From the NCBI RefSeq assembly GCF_000250635.1, contig NC_016940.1, positions 1,032,995-1,096,994 of the forward strand: 64,000 nucleotides of DNA, in the 5' to 3' direction. Under the pieces are notes generated by a model. It worked only from the letters and a program-made list of their open reading frames with translations. It did no database searches and was not told the origin of the DNA. Positions 36,710 through 46,489 of this stretch are shown in pieces; the first letter of the stretch is position 1, and every line of letters begins with the position of its first letter. The translations under genes were made by a program, and so were the position numbers. The stretch comes from Saprospira grandis str. Lewin (GTDB lineage Bacteria > Bacteroidota > Bacteroidia > Chitinophagales > Saprospiraceae).

Positions 36710-39475
36710 ATGCGACCATTAAAATTTATTTGGCTGAGCATCAGCCTACTGTTTCTTTTCGCCGCTTGTAAGACCAAAGATGGGGCCACCACAGGGCTGG
36801 GCAAGGCCTACCATAATGTAACTGGCCGCTACAATGCCTATTATAATGCAGGCCTCTTGGTCGATGAAAGTTTTAAGAGCTTGAATCAGGCACATCGAGA
36901 CAACTACAATCAGTTGCTGGCCCTTTATCCCTATGCCGCAGCAGAATCGGGGCAGGCGGTTTCTCCAGCCTTAGATAATGCCATTAAGAAATGTGCCATC
37001 AATATTGAGCTGCACCGCCCTAGCCATTGGGTAGATGATAGTTATTTTTTGGTTGGGCAGTCAGAGTTTTTGAAGCAAGAATATGAGAAATCTGCGGAGA
37101 CCTTTAAGTACATTGTAGACAAATACAATCCCGATAAGGCCATTTCGGCCATGACGCCTGATGAACGCAAAGCTTATAAGAAAAAAGAGAGGGCAAAAAA
37201 GAAGAAAAAGAAAAAGCGGAGAAAAAAGCGTCGTCGGAAGAAGCGCAGAAAAAAGCGTTCTAAGAAGAAAAAAACAGAGAAAAAGGCCGCTGAGGAAGAA
37301 GATATTAGTGAGTTAGACCCTCCCTCCTATTTTCTCAAGCATCCGCCTGTGCGTTATGAGGCCATGCTTTGGTTGGCCAAAAGTTATGTAGAATTGGGCC
37401 GTCATGATGAGGCCGGAACCTACCTTCGTTTGTTATTGGAAGATGGTCGGGTGCGCCGCAAAATCAAGGCCGAGGCCCATGCCGTTTTAGCCCATAGTTG
37501 GTTGATGCGCAAAGAATATGAAAAGGCAATTCCAGAATTGGAACAAGCCATAGAACTGACCAGAGGCAAGCGAAAAAAGAACCGCTATGTCTATGTTTTG
37601 GCGCAGCTTTATGAGCAGCAGGGCCAAAACAAACTAGCCATGGATACCTATAAGCGGGTGCTTCGTTTACGCCCCAAATATGAGATGGAATTTAATGCTC
37701 GTTTGAAAAGAGCAACCAATGCAGCTTCGGTAGAAGACCGAAAATTCAATCCAGAATACGCCCTTAAGCGTATGCTGAGAGAAGGCAAAAATGCCGAATA
37801 CAAGGACCAGATTTACTTTGCTTTGGCCCAGGTACAATTTAGAGCTGGCAGTGAAGAAAATGGTATTTTGGCCCTAAAACAAGCCATGGCCAACAGTCCA
37901 GAAGGTAGTTTCCAAAGAGCAGAAGCCGCCTATATGTTGGCAGAACTATACTACAAGCGCAAGGAATATATTCCAGCCTACAACTACTACGACACCACCA
38001 GCAGAAGCATGCAAAAGGCCGATGAACGTCTGGCCGCAGTAACTGCCCGAACGCAGCAGCTTAAGGACTTGGCGACTAATATGCAAACCTATGAGCTCAA
38101 AGACAGCTTATTGATGGTGAGCAATTGGCCCTATGAAAAGCAGCGGGAATGGGTGCAGCAAGAGCGTAAAGAAGAACTAGAAGCAGCCAATGCCAGCCAG
38201 GACAAAAAGCCTGCGGCAGGGCCTTCCGTCATCAATGCCAATAAAATGGCAAAATCTAATTTTGCGCTTTACAATGCTAGCCAGCTCAAGCGTGGGGAGC
38301 GTGACTTTAAGAAGCGTTGGGGCGATCGTCCTTGGGCCGACAACTGGCGGCGCAGCAGTGGCGATGGCTTTGATACAGAAGGGCCAGATTTTGCTAGCAA
38401 TGAGTTGCCTCCCGTTACCGAGCAAGATGTGAGTAATTTTCTCAAAAAATCGGGCGTCCCTGCAGATGAGGCCAGCAAAAAGGCCGCAGAAAAAGAGCTC
38501 AGAGATGCCCTATTTATGGTGGCGACCCTTTACTATGAGCGTTTGGGAGAAAATCAGTTGTCGCTTAATAAATTTAAGGAATTGCAAGAGCGCTTTCCGG
38601 GACATCCTAGAGAACTAGAGGCCTTATTTAGCATGTACAACATTGCGGGCGCAACTGGCCAAACGGCCCTAGCAGCAGAATGTAAGCGGCGGATTTTGGA
38701 CCAATATGCCGATTCGGATATTGCCAAATCATTGCAAGATCCCAACTTCCTCAATGCCAAAGAGAAAGAACTCAAGGCCATCAATGCAGACTATGAGCGG
38801 ATTTATGCCATGATTCGGGCAGGAAAATCAGAAGCGGCCTATGCTGATCTAGAAAAAGTGGCTAAAAAATATGGGGCCAATAATCCCCTAAAAGCTCGTT
38901 TTGCCTTATTGGGCGCCATTTGTCAGGGCGGCATGCAGGGACAAAAGGCCTATGTACAAGCCCTACGAGCGGTGGTCACTAGCTTCCCCAATACAGATGA
39001 AGAGAAAAAGGCCAAAGAAATGATTGCCATTTTGACCGGAGAAGAGGTTAAAGGCGGCGGGAAGAAGCCTATTGCCGCAGGAGAAACCGATGAAGAGCTC
39101 AACAAAACCTTTGAGAATGATTTGGCCCAGGGCCACTACATCCTCATTAGTTTTGACAATCCCTCGGCCAAGGTCAATAGCTTTAAGGGAGCAATAAGCA
39201 ACTACAATAAAAAATATTATAGCCTACTTCGTTTGAATGTATCGAGCCTGATGTTGGATGGTAAATTTCCTACCCTTATTGTTCGTAAGTTCAAAACGGG
39301 TAAAGAGGCCCAAGAATACTATAAAACCGTAGAAGGAAACAAAGAGTTTTTGGGCGAAGATGCGCCAGCGCATCAGGTCTATTTTATTGGTCAGAATAAC
39401 TACCGAACCATTTTACAAAAGCGCAATTTTGCCGATTACAAGCGCTTTTTTGCGCAGACCTATCAGAATAACTAA
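36710..39475 (+). CDS. TPR-repeat lipoprotein with an internal poly-Lys/Arg tract (SprE/PorW-like architecture is a guess)
   Basis: Lipoprotein signal MRPLKFIWLSISLLFLFAACK. 921 aa with multiple TPR-like repeats. ~35-residue tract KKKKKKRRKKRRRKKRRKKRSKKKK encoded by repetitive aag/aaa/cgt DNA. Confidence 0.5.
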   Translation: MRPLKFIWLSISLLFLFAACKTKDGATTGLGKAYHNVTGRYNAYYNAGLLVDESFKSLNQAHRDNYNQLLALYPYAAAESGQAVSPALDNAIKKCAINIELHRPSHWVDDSYFLVGQSEFLKQEYEKSAETFKYIVDKYNPDKAISAMTPDERKAYKKKERAKKKKKKKRRKKRRRKKRRKKRSKKKKTEKKAAEEEDISELDPPSYFLKHPPVRYEAMLWLAKSYVELGRHDEAGTYLRLLLEDGRVRRKIKAEAHAVLAHSWLMRKEYEKAIPELEQAIELTRGKRKKNRYVYVLAQLYEQQGQNKLAMDTYKRVLRLRPKYEMEFNARLKRATNAASVEDRKFNPEYALKRMLREGKNAEYKDQIYFALAQVQFRAGSEENGILALKQAMANSPEGSFQRAEAAYMLAELYYKRKEYIPAYNYYDTTSRSMQKADERLAAVTARTQQLKDLATNMQTYELKDSLLMVSNWPYEKQREWVQQERKEELEAANASQDKKPAAGPSVINANKMAKSNFALYNASQLKRGERDFKKRWGDRPWADNWRRSSGDGFDTEGPDFASNELPPVTEQDVSNFLKKSGVPADEASKKAAEKELRDALFMVATLYYERLGENQLSLNKFKELQERFPGHPRELEALFSMYNIAGATGQTALAAECKRRILDQYADSDIAKSLQDPNFLNAKEKELKAINADYERIYAMIRAGKSEAAYADLEKVAKKYGANNPLKARFALLGAICQGGMQGQKAYVQALRAVVTSFPNTDEEKKAKEMIAILTGEEVKGGGKKPIAAGETDEELNKTFENDLAQGHYILISFDNPSAKVNSFKGAISNYNKKYYSLLRLNVSSLMLDGKFPTLIVRKFKTGKEAQEYYKTVEGNKEFLGEDAPAHQVYFIGQNNYRTILQKRNFADYKRFFAQTYQNN

Positions 39476-39500
39476 TCGAATCGATTAGTAGAAAACCAAC

Positions 39501-39537
39501 AAAAGCCCCAGCCAAAATTGGCTGGGGCTTTTCTCTT
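39501..39537. terminator. bidirectional rho-independent terminator between convergent genes
   Basis: aaaagccccagccaaaattggctggggcttttc. Confidence 0.6.
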
Positions 39538-39553
39538 TACTTTAAGTCCTTCT

Positions 39554-40606
39554 TTATCCAGTAACCTTAAAGGTAAATTCTACATGGTCTACGGGCTCAT
39601 TCATTTCTCCTTTCTTAATGATCCGACGAACACCAGAACCCGATACAGGCACTAACTCCGCTACCTTGTTCGCAAATACTGAACGATTCCCATTGGGTAC
39701 CACATCCAATGCCTGATTACTCAAGTGCTTACTCGATACCCGCCCTCTGTTCTGATCTCTTTTCTGCCACCAATCGGCAAAGGCCTGAATGTTTCCACTG
39801 AACCTACGACAAGCATCCAATACATCTTGACCATACCAACGAGCAACGGTCTTCGCTCCACGATTGGGCAAGGTCTGCGTCATCGTAATCCGAGCCTGAT
39901 CATGATAGGTTCTAATCGTTGAAGTCACTGTTGCTCCCGTCATACCACAAGCCGCCAAAATACTCTTGAGCAACTTCTCCGCTCTGCTATTCATCTTCAC
40001 CGCCTTCGAGCCATAGCTTAAACTAACATTGCCCGCATTGGGGTGGCTAAAGTCTTTACCCGAAACGCCCCCCTCTTCACTACTGTCTGTAGCCGAGGAA
40101 CTATCCGAACTACTGCTGCTGTCATCCGAACTTGCAGCAGCCGCACCATTAAGCGCCTGCCAACTCTGCCCTCCAGGATCAATCCGCCCATCAGCCCAAC
40201 CAAAGGCCGCCTGCTGAAAAGCTTTGATCTCTCCAATAGTGCCCGGCCCAATCAATCCATCTACAGTCAAATTATGCCCCTTGGCCTTCAATAATTCCTG
40301 AACCAACTGCACATCGGCCTTATCATTGGTTCCACCACGGCCCACAGAGGCCTTTATCGTTTTCTGATTACTCTCTAGTTCCGCAGGAGGAGCCCCAGCT
40401 TCTTCATCTTCACCAGCCTCTGCCTGTGCTGCATCAATTTTGTCCTCCAACAAATCCCCCAAGCTGTTAATCAAGCCCTCAATTTTATCCAATTGATCTT
40501 GCTCCTCTTGGTCAATTTTACCGTCGGCCAAAAATAATTCCTTCAATTTGGTCAATTGACCATTATATTGCCCAATAAGGCCCTGAATCTTACCTAAATC
40601 TGCCAT
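39554..40606 (-). CDS. peptidoglycan-binding-domain protein with a C-terminal M15-like (VanY/endolysin-type) peptidase domain; no signal peptide
   Basis: PG_binding_1-like segment QLVQELLKAKGHNLTVDGLIGPGTIGEIKAFQ. C-terminal SKHLSNQALDV fits the SxHxxGxAxD motif of M15 peptidases, with a following DHVE. N-terminal acidic coiled-coil. Confidence 0.45.
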   Translation of the reverse strand: MADLGKIQGLIGQYNGQLTKLKELFLADGKIDQEEQDQLDKIEGLINSLGDLLEDKIDAAQAEAGEDEEAGAPPAELESNQKTIKASVGRGGTNDKADVQLVQELLKAKGHNLTVDGLIGPGTIGEIKAFQQAAFGWADGRIDPGGQSWQALNGAAAASSDDSSSSSDSSSATDSSEEGGVSGKDFSHPNAGNVSLSYGSKAVKMNSRAEKLLKSILAACGMTGATVTSTIRTYHDQARITMTQTLPNRGAKTVARWYGQDVLDACRRFSGNIQAFADWWQKRDQNRGRVSSKHLSNQALDVVPNGNRSVFANKVAELVPVSGSGVRRIIKKGEMNEPVDHVEFTFKVTG

Positions 40607-40736
40607 AAAAGCTATTCTTTAGTTGTTTTGTAATTGTCCTACTGAAAGATACATAAATCAAGAGCAAAAAACCAATTAGACGCTTAACTTTTCAGCCAGA
40701 TTTTACAGACCATAAACAAGCAGCTCGCCCCCTCCC

Positions 40737-41834
40737 CTACTTTTTCTTGGCCACTAATTCATCAAAAAAGGCCAAATAACGCTCCTTTTGAGCCACTACA
40801 GCATACTCTTCTAACACCCTTTGTCGACCCGCCCGACCCAGCTCTGCCCGCAATTCAGGCGATTCAATCAAAGCCGAAAGCTGCGCAAACCACTCCTCCT
40901 CATTATGCGCCAAATAACCATTAACGCCCTGCTCTATAATTTCAGTATTTACGCCCACCGCCGACATCACCGCAGGCAAACCCAAAGCCATATATTGCAA
41001 GCCCTTCAAGCCACATTTCCCCTTGGTCCACTCATCCGTCGGCAAAGGCATCAAGCCAATATCCAACTCCACCAATTGCTCAATCTCATCCGCTTCGGTC
41101 CAAGCTACCCCCCGAATATCCAACTCAGGCAAACTATAATTGGCATCTCCAATCAACTTAAAGTAAATCTTATCGCCATACTTCTCCTTCAAACGACGCA
41201 AAACCGGCAATAACTGCTCAAAGTATTGTACCGTAGAAAAACTGCCCGTCCAACCAATACAAACAGCTGCATCCGCCGCCTTAGCCGGCTTAAATTTAGG
41301 ATGATGCCGCTGCTCATCCACAGTCGTCGGCAATACCTTTACACAATCATTATATTGCCTCGCATAATCCGCCAAATAACGATTCCCCGCAAATACCATA
41401 TCCGCCAAAGCAATCAATTCCGCCGTCTTATTCGCATTTTTCAAAAATCCCAAGGCCTTATTATTTGTCGATACATTTTGTAACCATATAGAATCGTCAA
41501 AGTCAAAAACCAAGGGCGCCCGCTTGGCAAAACGACGCTCAAAAAAAGAAGTCCCCAACATAAAAGCCTCCCGCTGCACATAAATCACATCAAATTGCTT
41601 GGCCCAAGCCCCAGAAGCCCGCCAAAGCCGCCAAATACTCTTCAACAAAACCTTCATTTTGCCCAAATACTGCCCCGCCCCATAAAAAACAGGATCATCC
41701 TCCGCCTCAATTAAATAAGAAAGCTCATAGGCATAACCATGCTCCTCCAAAAAATCTAAATACTGCTCATACCGAAAACGCTGTGAAGGCGAGCGATTTG
41801 GCCGATGTAAAGCCACAAAAAGAATCCGTTTCAT
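40737..41834 (-). CDS. glycosyltransferase family 4 (GT-B) protein
   Basis: C-terminal EGFGLP-type region GLKGLQYMALGLPAVMSAVGVNTEII...NGYL. Start placed at MKRILFVALH; the upstream 73 codons of ORF ..42053 lie in the REP element. Confidence 0.6.
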   Translation of the reverse strand: MKRILFVALHRPNRSPSQRFRYEQYLDFLEEHGYAYELSYLIEAEDDPVFYGAGQYLGKMKVLLKSIWRLWRASGAWAKQFDVIYVQREAFMLGTSFFERRFAKRAPLVFDFDDSIWLQNVSTNNKALGFLKNANKTAELIALADMVFAGNRYLADYARQYNDCVKVLPTTVDEQRHHPKFKPAKAADAAVCIGWTGSFSTVQYFEQLLPVLRRLKEKYGDKIYFKLIGDANYSLPELDIRGVAWTEADEIEQLVELDIGLMPLPTDEWTKGKCGLKGLQYMALGLPAVMSAVGVNTEIIEQGVNGYLAHNEEEWFAQLSALIESPELRAELGRAGRQRVLEEYAVVAQKERYLAFFDELVAKKK

Positions 41835-41854
41835 ACTATATTTTAGCCTATTGT

Positions 41855-42020
41855 TTTTTGGGGCTGCCCCCTCAGTTCCTTCGGGGTCGGGCTGTTTCGC
41901 AGCTCGCAGGTCTGCTCGGCCCTGCGGGCTTTTTCGCTCCGCTTCAAAAGCCCTAGGTCTGCCGCTTCGCGCCACTGCTGTCCATCCCTCAGCCGGCTCG
42001 CTTCGCTCGCCCCTGCCGCA
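41855..42020. repeat. GC-rich REP-like element
   Basis: ttttggggctgccccctcag...ttcgcagctcgcaggtctgctcggccc...ggtctgccgcttcgc. Confidence 0.75.
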
Positions 42021-42236
42021 GAATATAAACAACGCCTTTAAGGCCCCGCCCAAAAGTAAGACTTAATCAATGTATTTAATAATAGTGGCTTAGGATTCCA
42101 AATCTTATCTCCAACAAAATACAACTTCCTGTTTTTATTTGCAAAAATATATGCAACTATTTGTTTTTAAACAGATTTGTTTTAGATTTGTAGGGCAAGG
42201 GGACTTGTTCCTCCTCTGCTCGCCAAATGATCCAAT

Positions 42237-42977
42237 ATGAAAAATCAAAAAAAGGAGAAGCGTTTAGCCATGAATCGTCGTTTCATCAAGGCCTTTAAAG
42301 CCTTAGAGGAAAAAGGGGATATTGTCCCCAATAGCCACGATAAAGGAATGACCAAACTCTCTTTGCTCTTTTGGGACAAAAAAGGAAACGGACATCTGGT
42401 CCGCGCATTTCTCAACCCCCAAAGTAGCCGCTCTATCGATTTTGATAAAGCCAGCCGCTTTTGCGAAGAATTTGGCGTCAATAAGGATTATCTGCTCCAA
42501 GGTAAAGGCCCTATGTTTGGCGAGGAAGATGCTCCCGCCTTCGCCAATGGCGAATTAGCCTCCGATTATGGATATGGCTCCCAAATTCTATATTCTAGCC
42601 AAGCCGCTTTTGCTAGCTCGGCCCTAGGCATAGATTCCTATGAGGAAGGACAGTATTTTAGCCTGCCCGGCCTCTCTCAAGGCGATTATGTCGCCTTTAC
42701 CATTAGTGGTGACTCTATGCAACCCACCCTTAGTAATGGAGATTTGGTGATCTGCCGCCCTCTAGAAGGTATCGAAAAGGTGCAGGAAAATGAAGTCTAT
42801 GCCATCGTCAGTAGCCATGGCGTCCAAGTTAAACGTATCCAAAAGGTGCTTAATAAAGGCCGCCTTACCCACCTCAAACTCATTTCTGATAACTACCTAG
42901 AACATGATCCCTTTATGGTGGAGGTCGCTGAAGTACGAAAAATTATGAAGGTGGACCGAAAAGTAACCGCCCTCTAA
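42237..42977 (+). CDS. S24-family (LexA/UmuD/phage-CI-like) peptidase domain transcriptional regulator
   Basis: C-terminal FTISGDSMQPTLSNGDLVICRP...VKRI carries the Ser-Lys self-cleavage domain motifs. Confidence 0.6.
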   Translation: MKNQKKEKRLAMNRRFIKAFKALEEKGDIVPNSHDKGMTKLSLLFWDKKGNGHLVRAFLNPQSSRSIDFDKASRFCEEFGVNKDYLLQGKGPMFGEEDAPAFANGELASDYGYGSQILYSSQAAFASSALGIDSYEEGQYFSLPGLSQGDYVAFTISGDSMQPTLSNGDLVICRPLEGIEKVQENEVYAIVSSHGVQVKRIQKVLNKGRLTHLKLISDNYLEHDPFMVEVAEVRKIMKVDRKVTAL

Positions 42978-43021
42978 ACTCTCTCTGCCCGCTTTTTCCA
43001 AAATACAGCTTACAAATAATT

Positions 43022-43055
43022 GATACACCCGCCCCTTAGCTAGGCTAAGGGGCTT
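43022..43055 (+). terminator. rho-independent terminator
   Basis: gcccctta gctaggc taaggggc followed by ttttttatt. Confidence 0.6.
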
Positions 43056-43299
43056 TTTTATTCTCGACTTAGAGCCGTTATAGCCCTTGCTTTCCCCCTT
43101 TTTATCGTCCTATCCCCTCCTTTAGTCTTTGGTTCTACTCATTTATTCTAGCTATCTAGTAGTTGTACTCCTCTAATACAGTAATTTACTGCTTAGATGC
43201 AGTAGCTGTACTGCTCGCATGCGGTCCTTTACTGTATACTAGTGGTAGTCAAAGTCCTTTATATAGGTTCTGGAAGTCCATGGTATAGGTTGTAGGACC

Positions 43300-43445
43300 C
43301 CAAATAGACCTCCCTAGATCTATCCTATAAGGTCTATAGACCTACCTCATACAGTATAGAAACCTACCCAATACAGTTCAGCACCTACCTCATGCAGTAT
43401 AAGAACCTACCTCATACAGTATAGGAACCTACCCGATGCAGTTCA
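43300..43445. repeat. tandem array of about 6 degenerate 22-bp units (acctacc[tc][cg]at[ag]cagt[at][tc]ag[ga]a)
   Basis: Visible units include acctacctcatacagtatagaa, acctacccaatacagttcagc, acctacctcatgcagtataaga and acctacccgatgcagttcagaa. It lies directly upstream of MITE copy 2. Confidence 0.75.
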
Positions 43446-43452
43446 GAAGGGA

Positions 43453-43716
43453 CTGTTCAGGATTTTGTGTATTAGAATAAAATTTGGGCCTTTAGCTGCT
43501 TAGGATTTGGCCAGTAGTCGCCTAGGGACAAGCCCCTAGGCTAATCCAATGGAGTCAGCCCTGACAAGGGCCTCAACTGTTGATATACAAGGCCTTGTTC
43601 AGTTGTTATTGCAGAGAAGAACCTTATCCAAAGGCCCTCTTTAGAGGGCTGTCTGAAAAAGCTAGCCTAGGGGCTTGTCCCTAGGCGCAGGAAAAGGCAA
43701 ACACAAAATGTTAAAC
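43453..43716 (+). mobile_element. MITE-like element, copy 2
   Basis: About 90% identical to 8471..8735 over its full length, with the same nested terminal inverted repeats. Confidence 0.65.
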
Positions 43717-43735
43717 CGTCTCGCATTTGCATCTA

Positions 43736-43822
43736 GAGGCGGCGAAGCCGCCGCAGGGCCGAGCAGACCTGCGAGCTGCGCAATGGCCCGACCCGAGCGA
43801 AGCGAGTGGGCAGCCCCAATAA
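43736..43822. repeat. GC-rich REP-like element (single unit)
   Basis: Contains ggcggcgaagccgccgcagggccgagcagacctgcgagctgcgcaatggcccgacccgagcgaagcg, ending gggcagcccc. Confidence 0.75.
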
Positions 43823-43949
43823 AATAATCCTCCCCAAAAAGCGGAGCTAGGCAGCAAAGACCCTATCTTCAACGTATTAGAAACAACTGGGAAAAGCTAG
43901 CCCAACCGAGAGAATGCACCCCATTTCCCTCCACTGATAATTATCTGCT

Positions 43950-44531
43950 ATGGATTTTGCCTTGAATATATCGTCTAAAAAAGAGCGCGAGCGGACCGCC
44001 AAAGAGCAAGAAGCTCAGCTCATCAAAGCCTGCTTAGAAGAAAAGCGTTGGGCCCAAAAAGAACTCTACGAGCGCTTTTATGGGCGCATGCTAGGGGTCT
44101 GTCTGCGCTATTCTAATAATAGTGAAGATGCCCGCGACATCCTCAATGAAGGCTATATCAAAGTATTCCGTTATCTGCATCGCTACAAAGTAGGGACCTC
44201 CCTAGATGCTTGGATCAGACGGATTATGATTAACACCTCTATTGACTTTTACCGCAAGGCGATTCGCCACCGCAGCGAAGATATAGAGACGGCCCAACAT
44301 AAAATTTCTGAAGATGCCGATGCCATTAGTCGCTATTCGGCCAAAGAAATTATGGCAGTGATCCAAAAACTGCCGCCCTCCTATCGGGCCGTATTTAATC
44401 TATATGCCATAGAGGGCTACTCGCATCGAGAAGTGGCCCAACAATTAGGAATTACAGAAAGTACCTCCCGCTCCAATTTAGTGAAGGCCCGAGCCAAACT
44501 AAGAGAGTACATTAAACAATTATATCACTAA
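43950..44531 (+). CDS. RNA polymerase ECF-type sigma-70 factor (paralog of 26411..26971)
   Basis: Regions 2 and 4 present (LGVCLRYSNNSEDARDILNEGYIKVF; SHREVAQQLGITESTSRSNLVKARAKLR). Confidence 0.7.
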   Translation: MDFALNISSKKERERTAKEQEAQLIKACLEEKRWAQKELYERFYGRMLGVCLRYSNNSEDARDILNEGYIKVFRYLHRYKVGTSLDAWIRRIMINTSIDFYRKAIRHRSEDIETAQHKISEDADAISRYSAKEIMAVIQKLPPSYRAVFNLYAIEGYSHREVAQQLGITESTSRSNLVKARAKLREYIKQLYH

Positions 44532-44551
44532 GCGCTAGAGCTAGTTCGCTT

Positions 44552-46228
44552 ATGAAAGAAGATTTTGACAAATTCGATGAATATAGCCGAGAACTCTTTA
44601 ATGATTTTGAGGCAGAGGCCCATCATCTGGCAGAGGATTGGATGAAGTTGGAGGCCCATTTGGATGCTAGCCAAAATGAAGATGAGCAATTGGACCAATT
44701 GGTCCTTGGCGCTTTGGGCAGTTTTGAAGCCAATGAGCTGAGCATGGCAGAGGATTGGGACCGTCTACAAACGGACTTAGACCTCAATGCCGAGGAGACC
44801 GAAGAGCTGGATGCCCTCGCTAGGCAGGCCTTGGCAGCTTATGCCGCTACAGAAGAAGAAATGCCCGAGGATTGGAGCCGCCTAGAAGCAGCCCTAGAGG
44901 AAGAAAAAAAGGAGCGTCCCCCTGTCTTTTGGCTAAAAAGCATGGAGGCGGGCTTGCTATTGCTCTCGCTCTTTACCTTAATTAACCTCTTTTATTTGCA
45001 CCCTATGCAAGAAAAAGATGCTGGGGATAAAGGTAAGTCTAGCAAGGCTAGCACCGCTAATGATTTGGCCCAAAATACGCCCCTAGCTAAGCCCAAAAGC
45101 GGGCAAAAAGATTCGCCTTCTTCTTTGTCGGCTGGAGAAAATACGGCCCTAAGAGAAGCGCTTCGCCTTAGTGAGGAGCAGCCGAAAATTGCCATGGGCA
45201 GCCCCCTACTACAGCAGCAGCCCACTGGGGCATTTTCGACGAGCTTTGGGGCTGGCGCAAAATTGCCCCCCTTTATTCAGGGCCAAAATTTTGCAAAAGC
45301 AGCCGCTGGAGCTCAGGCTAATCTTTTGCTGGCTACTGCTCAAGAGGAAAGCATGGAGCAAGCAGAAAACAGCCCTCAGATAAAGGGAACAGAAGAAGAA
45401 GCTCGTCCGGAAGAAGCCCGCCCCAAAGCAACACAAAATAAGGAAGCCGCTGTTTTTGCGGCCCTCGACCTAGAAGATCAGGGGCTGCCCTTGGCCGATT
45501 ATTTGGCCAAAAAAGACAGCAATGATTTGAATAAATTGAGAGAAGACCTCAGTTTTCAGCTCAAAAGTCCCTATAGTTTTCCCAAGGTCTATAATCGCCA
45601 TCGTCATTTGGGCCTATACACGGGCTTCAATTTGGGCCTAGGCGAAACGGCCAATTTGGGTAGTGGACAGGCGGGTTTGCAGTTTGGTCTACAGCTAGAG
45701 CAGGAGCTCAACAAAAATTGGGGCTTGTCTTTGGGCCTATTTTGGCAGCGACAAAACTATGCACTTTTCGAGCAATCTAGCCTCCTCCTGCCCGATGGCC
45801 AGAGCTACAACCGCCTAATCAATAAGGAGGAGGGCTTGCAGTTGTTACAATTGCCTTTACAGCTTCGCTATACCGTATATCGAGATAGCAAATGGGAGTT
45901 GCAGACCTTGGCGGCTGGCCTTTATCAGTTGTCTTTGCACCGACAGCAGCGGGGCCAAGAAGAGCTAAGCGGACAACAGGCGGCGGGGCAAATCCTCCAA
46001 AGAAGCTATTTGCCGCATAACTCGCCCAATTCGGCCCTTTTGCAAGAGGGCAGCTGGGCCAACAACCAACAGTTTGCCTTGCAATTGGGCTTGGGGCTCG
46101 ATCGCCAATTGGGCGAGCACTACCGCCTTTCTTTGCAGGCTCATTATCTCCGCCAATTGGCCCAAAATGAACAGATGGCCAAGCATCATTTTCAGTTGTT
46201 GGTGGGCCTAAAATATCGCTTACCTTAA
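44552..46228 (+). CDS. putative anti-sigma-like membrane protein with four N-terminal ~35-aa EDW..LE repeats
   Basis: Four repeats: AEDWMKLEAHLD / AEDWDRLQTDLD / PEDWSRLEAALE plus an N-terminal copy. One TM segment (AGLLLLSLFTLINLFYL), then a Q/L-rich C-terminal domain. Co-directional and 20 nt after the sigma gene. Confidence 0.45.
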   Translation: MKEDFDKFDEYSRELFNDFEAEAHHLAEDWMKLEAHLDASQNEDEQLDQLVLGALGSFEANELSMAEDWDRLQTDLDLNAEETEELDALARQALAAYAATEEEMPEDWSRLEAALEEEKKERPPVFWLKSMEAGLLLLSLFTLINLFYLHPMQEKDAGDKGKSSKASTANDLAQNTPLAKPKSGQKDSPSSLSAGENTALREALRLSEEQPKIAMGSPLLQQQPTGAFSTSFGAGAKLPPFIQGQNFAKAAAGAQANLLLATAQEESMEQAENSPQIKGTEEEARPEEARPKATQNKEAAVFAALDLEDQGLPLADYLAKKDSNDLNKLREDLSFQLKSPYSFPKVYNRHRHLGLYTGFNLGLGETANLGSGQAGLQFGLQLEQELNKNWGLSLGLFWQRQNYALFEQSSLLLPDGQSYNRLINKEEGLQLLQLPLQLRYTVYRDSKWELQTLAAGLYQLSLHRQQRGQEELSGQQAAGQILQRSYLPHNSPNSALLQEGSWANNQQFALQLGLGLDRQLGEHYRLSLQAHYLRQLAQNEQMAKHHFQLLVGLKYRLP

Positions 46229-46248
46229 TTCTTTTTTCCCATAATATT

Positions 46249-46425
46249 TTGGGGCCCGCGGCCGCCCTTTTTAGGAGGGGCGGCCGCCGCTATGCTGCGG
46301 GGCTCGCTATTCGCTCGGCCCTGCAGGCAGGCTTTGCCTGCCTTTGGTCTGGCCCTTTGGGCCACCCGCTCCGCAGCGCTGGGCCTTTGGCCTGCCGGCC
46401 ATGGCGGCTTCGCCGCCTCCCAGCC
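46249..46425. repeat. GC-rich REP-like element
   Basis: Contains gggcggccgccgctatgctgcggggctcgctattcgctcggccc, ggtctggccctttgggccacc and ggcggcttcgccgcc. Confidence 0.7.
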
Positions 46426-46448
46426 CTTTAAATTGGACCAAAAAAAAA

Positions 46449-46476
46449 GCGAGATCGTTTTCACGATCTCGCTTTT
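46449..46476 (-). terminator. rho-independent terminator of tRNA-His copy 1
   Basis: On the minus strand, stem gcgagatcg/cgatctcgc is followed by a T run. Confidence 0.6.
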
Positions 46477-46489
46477 GCTCTTAATGTAG

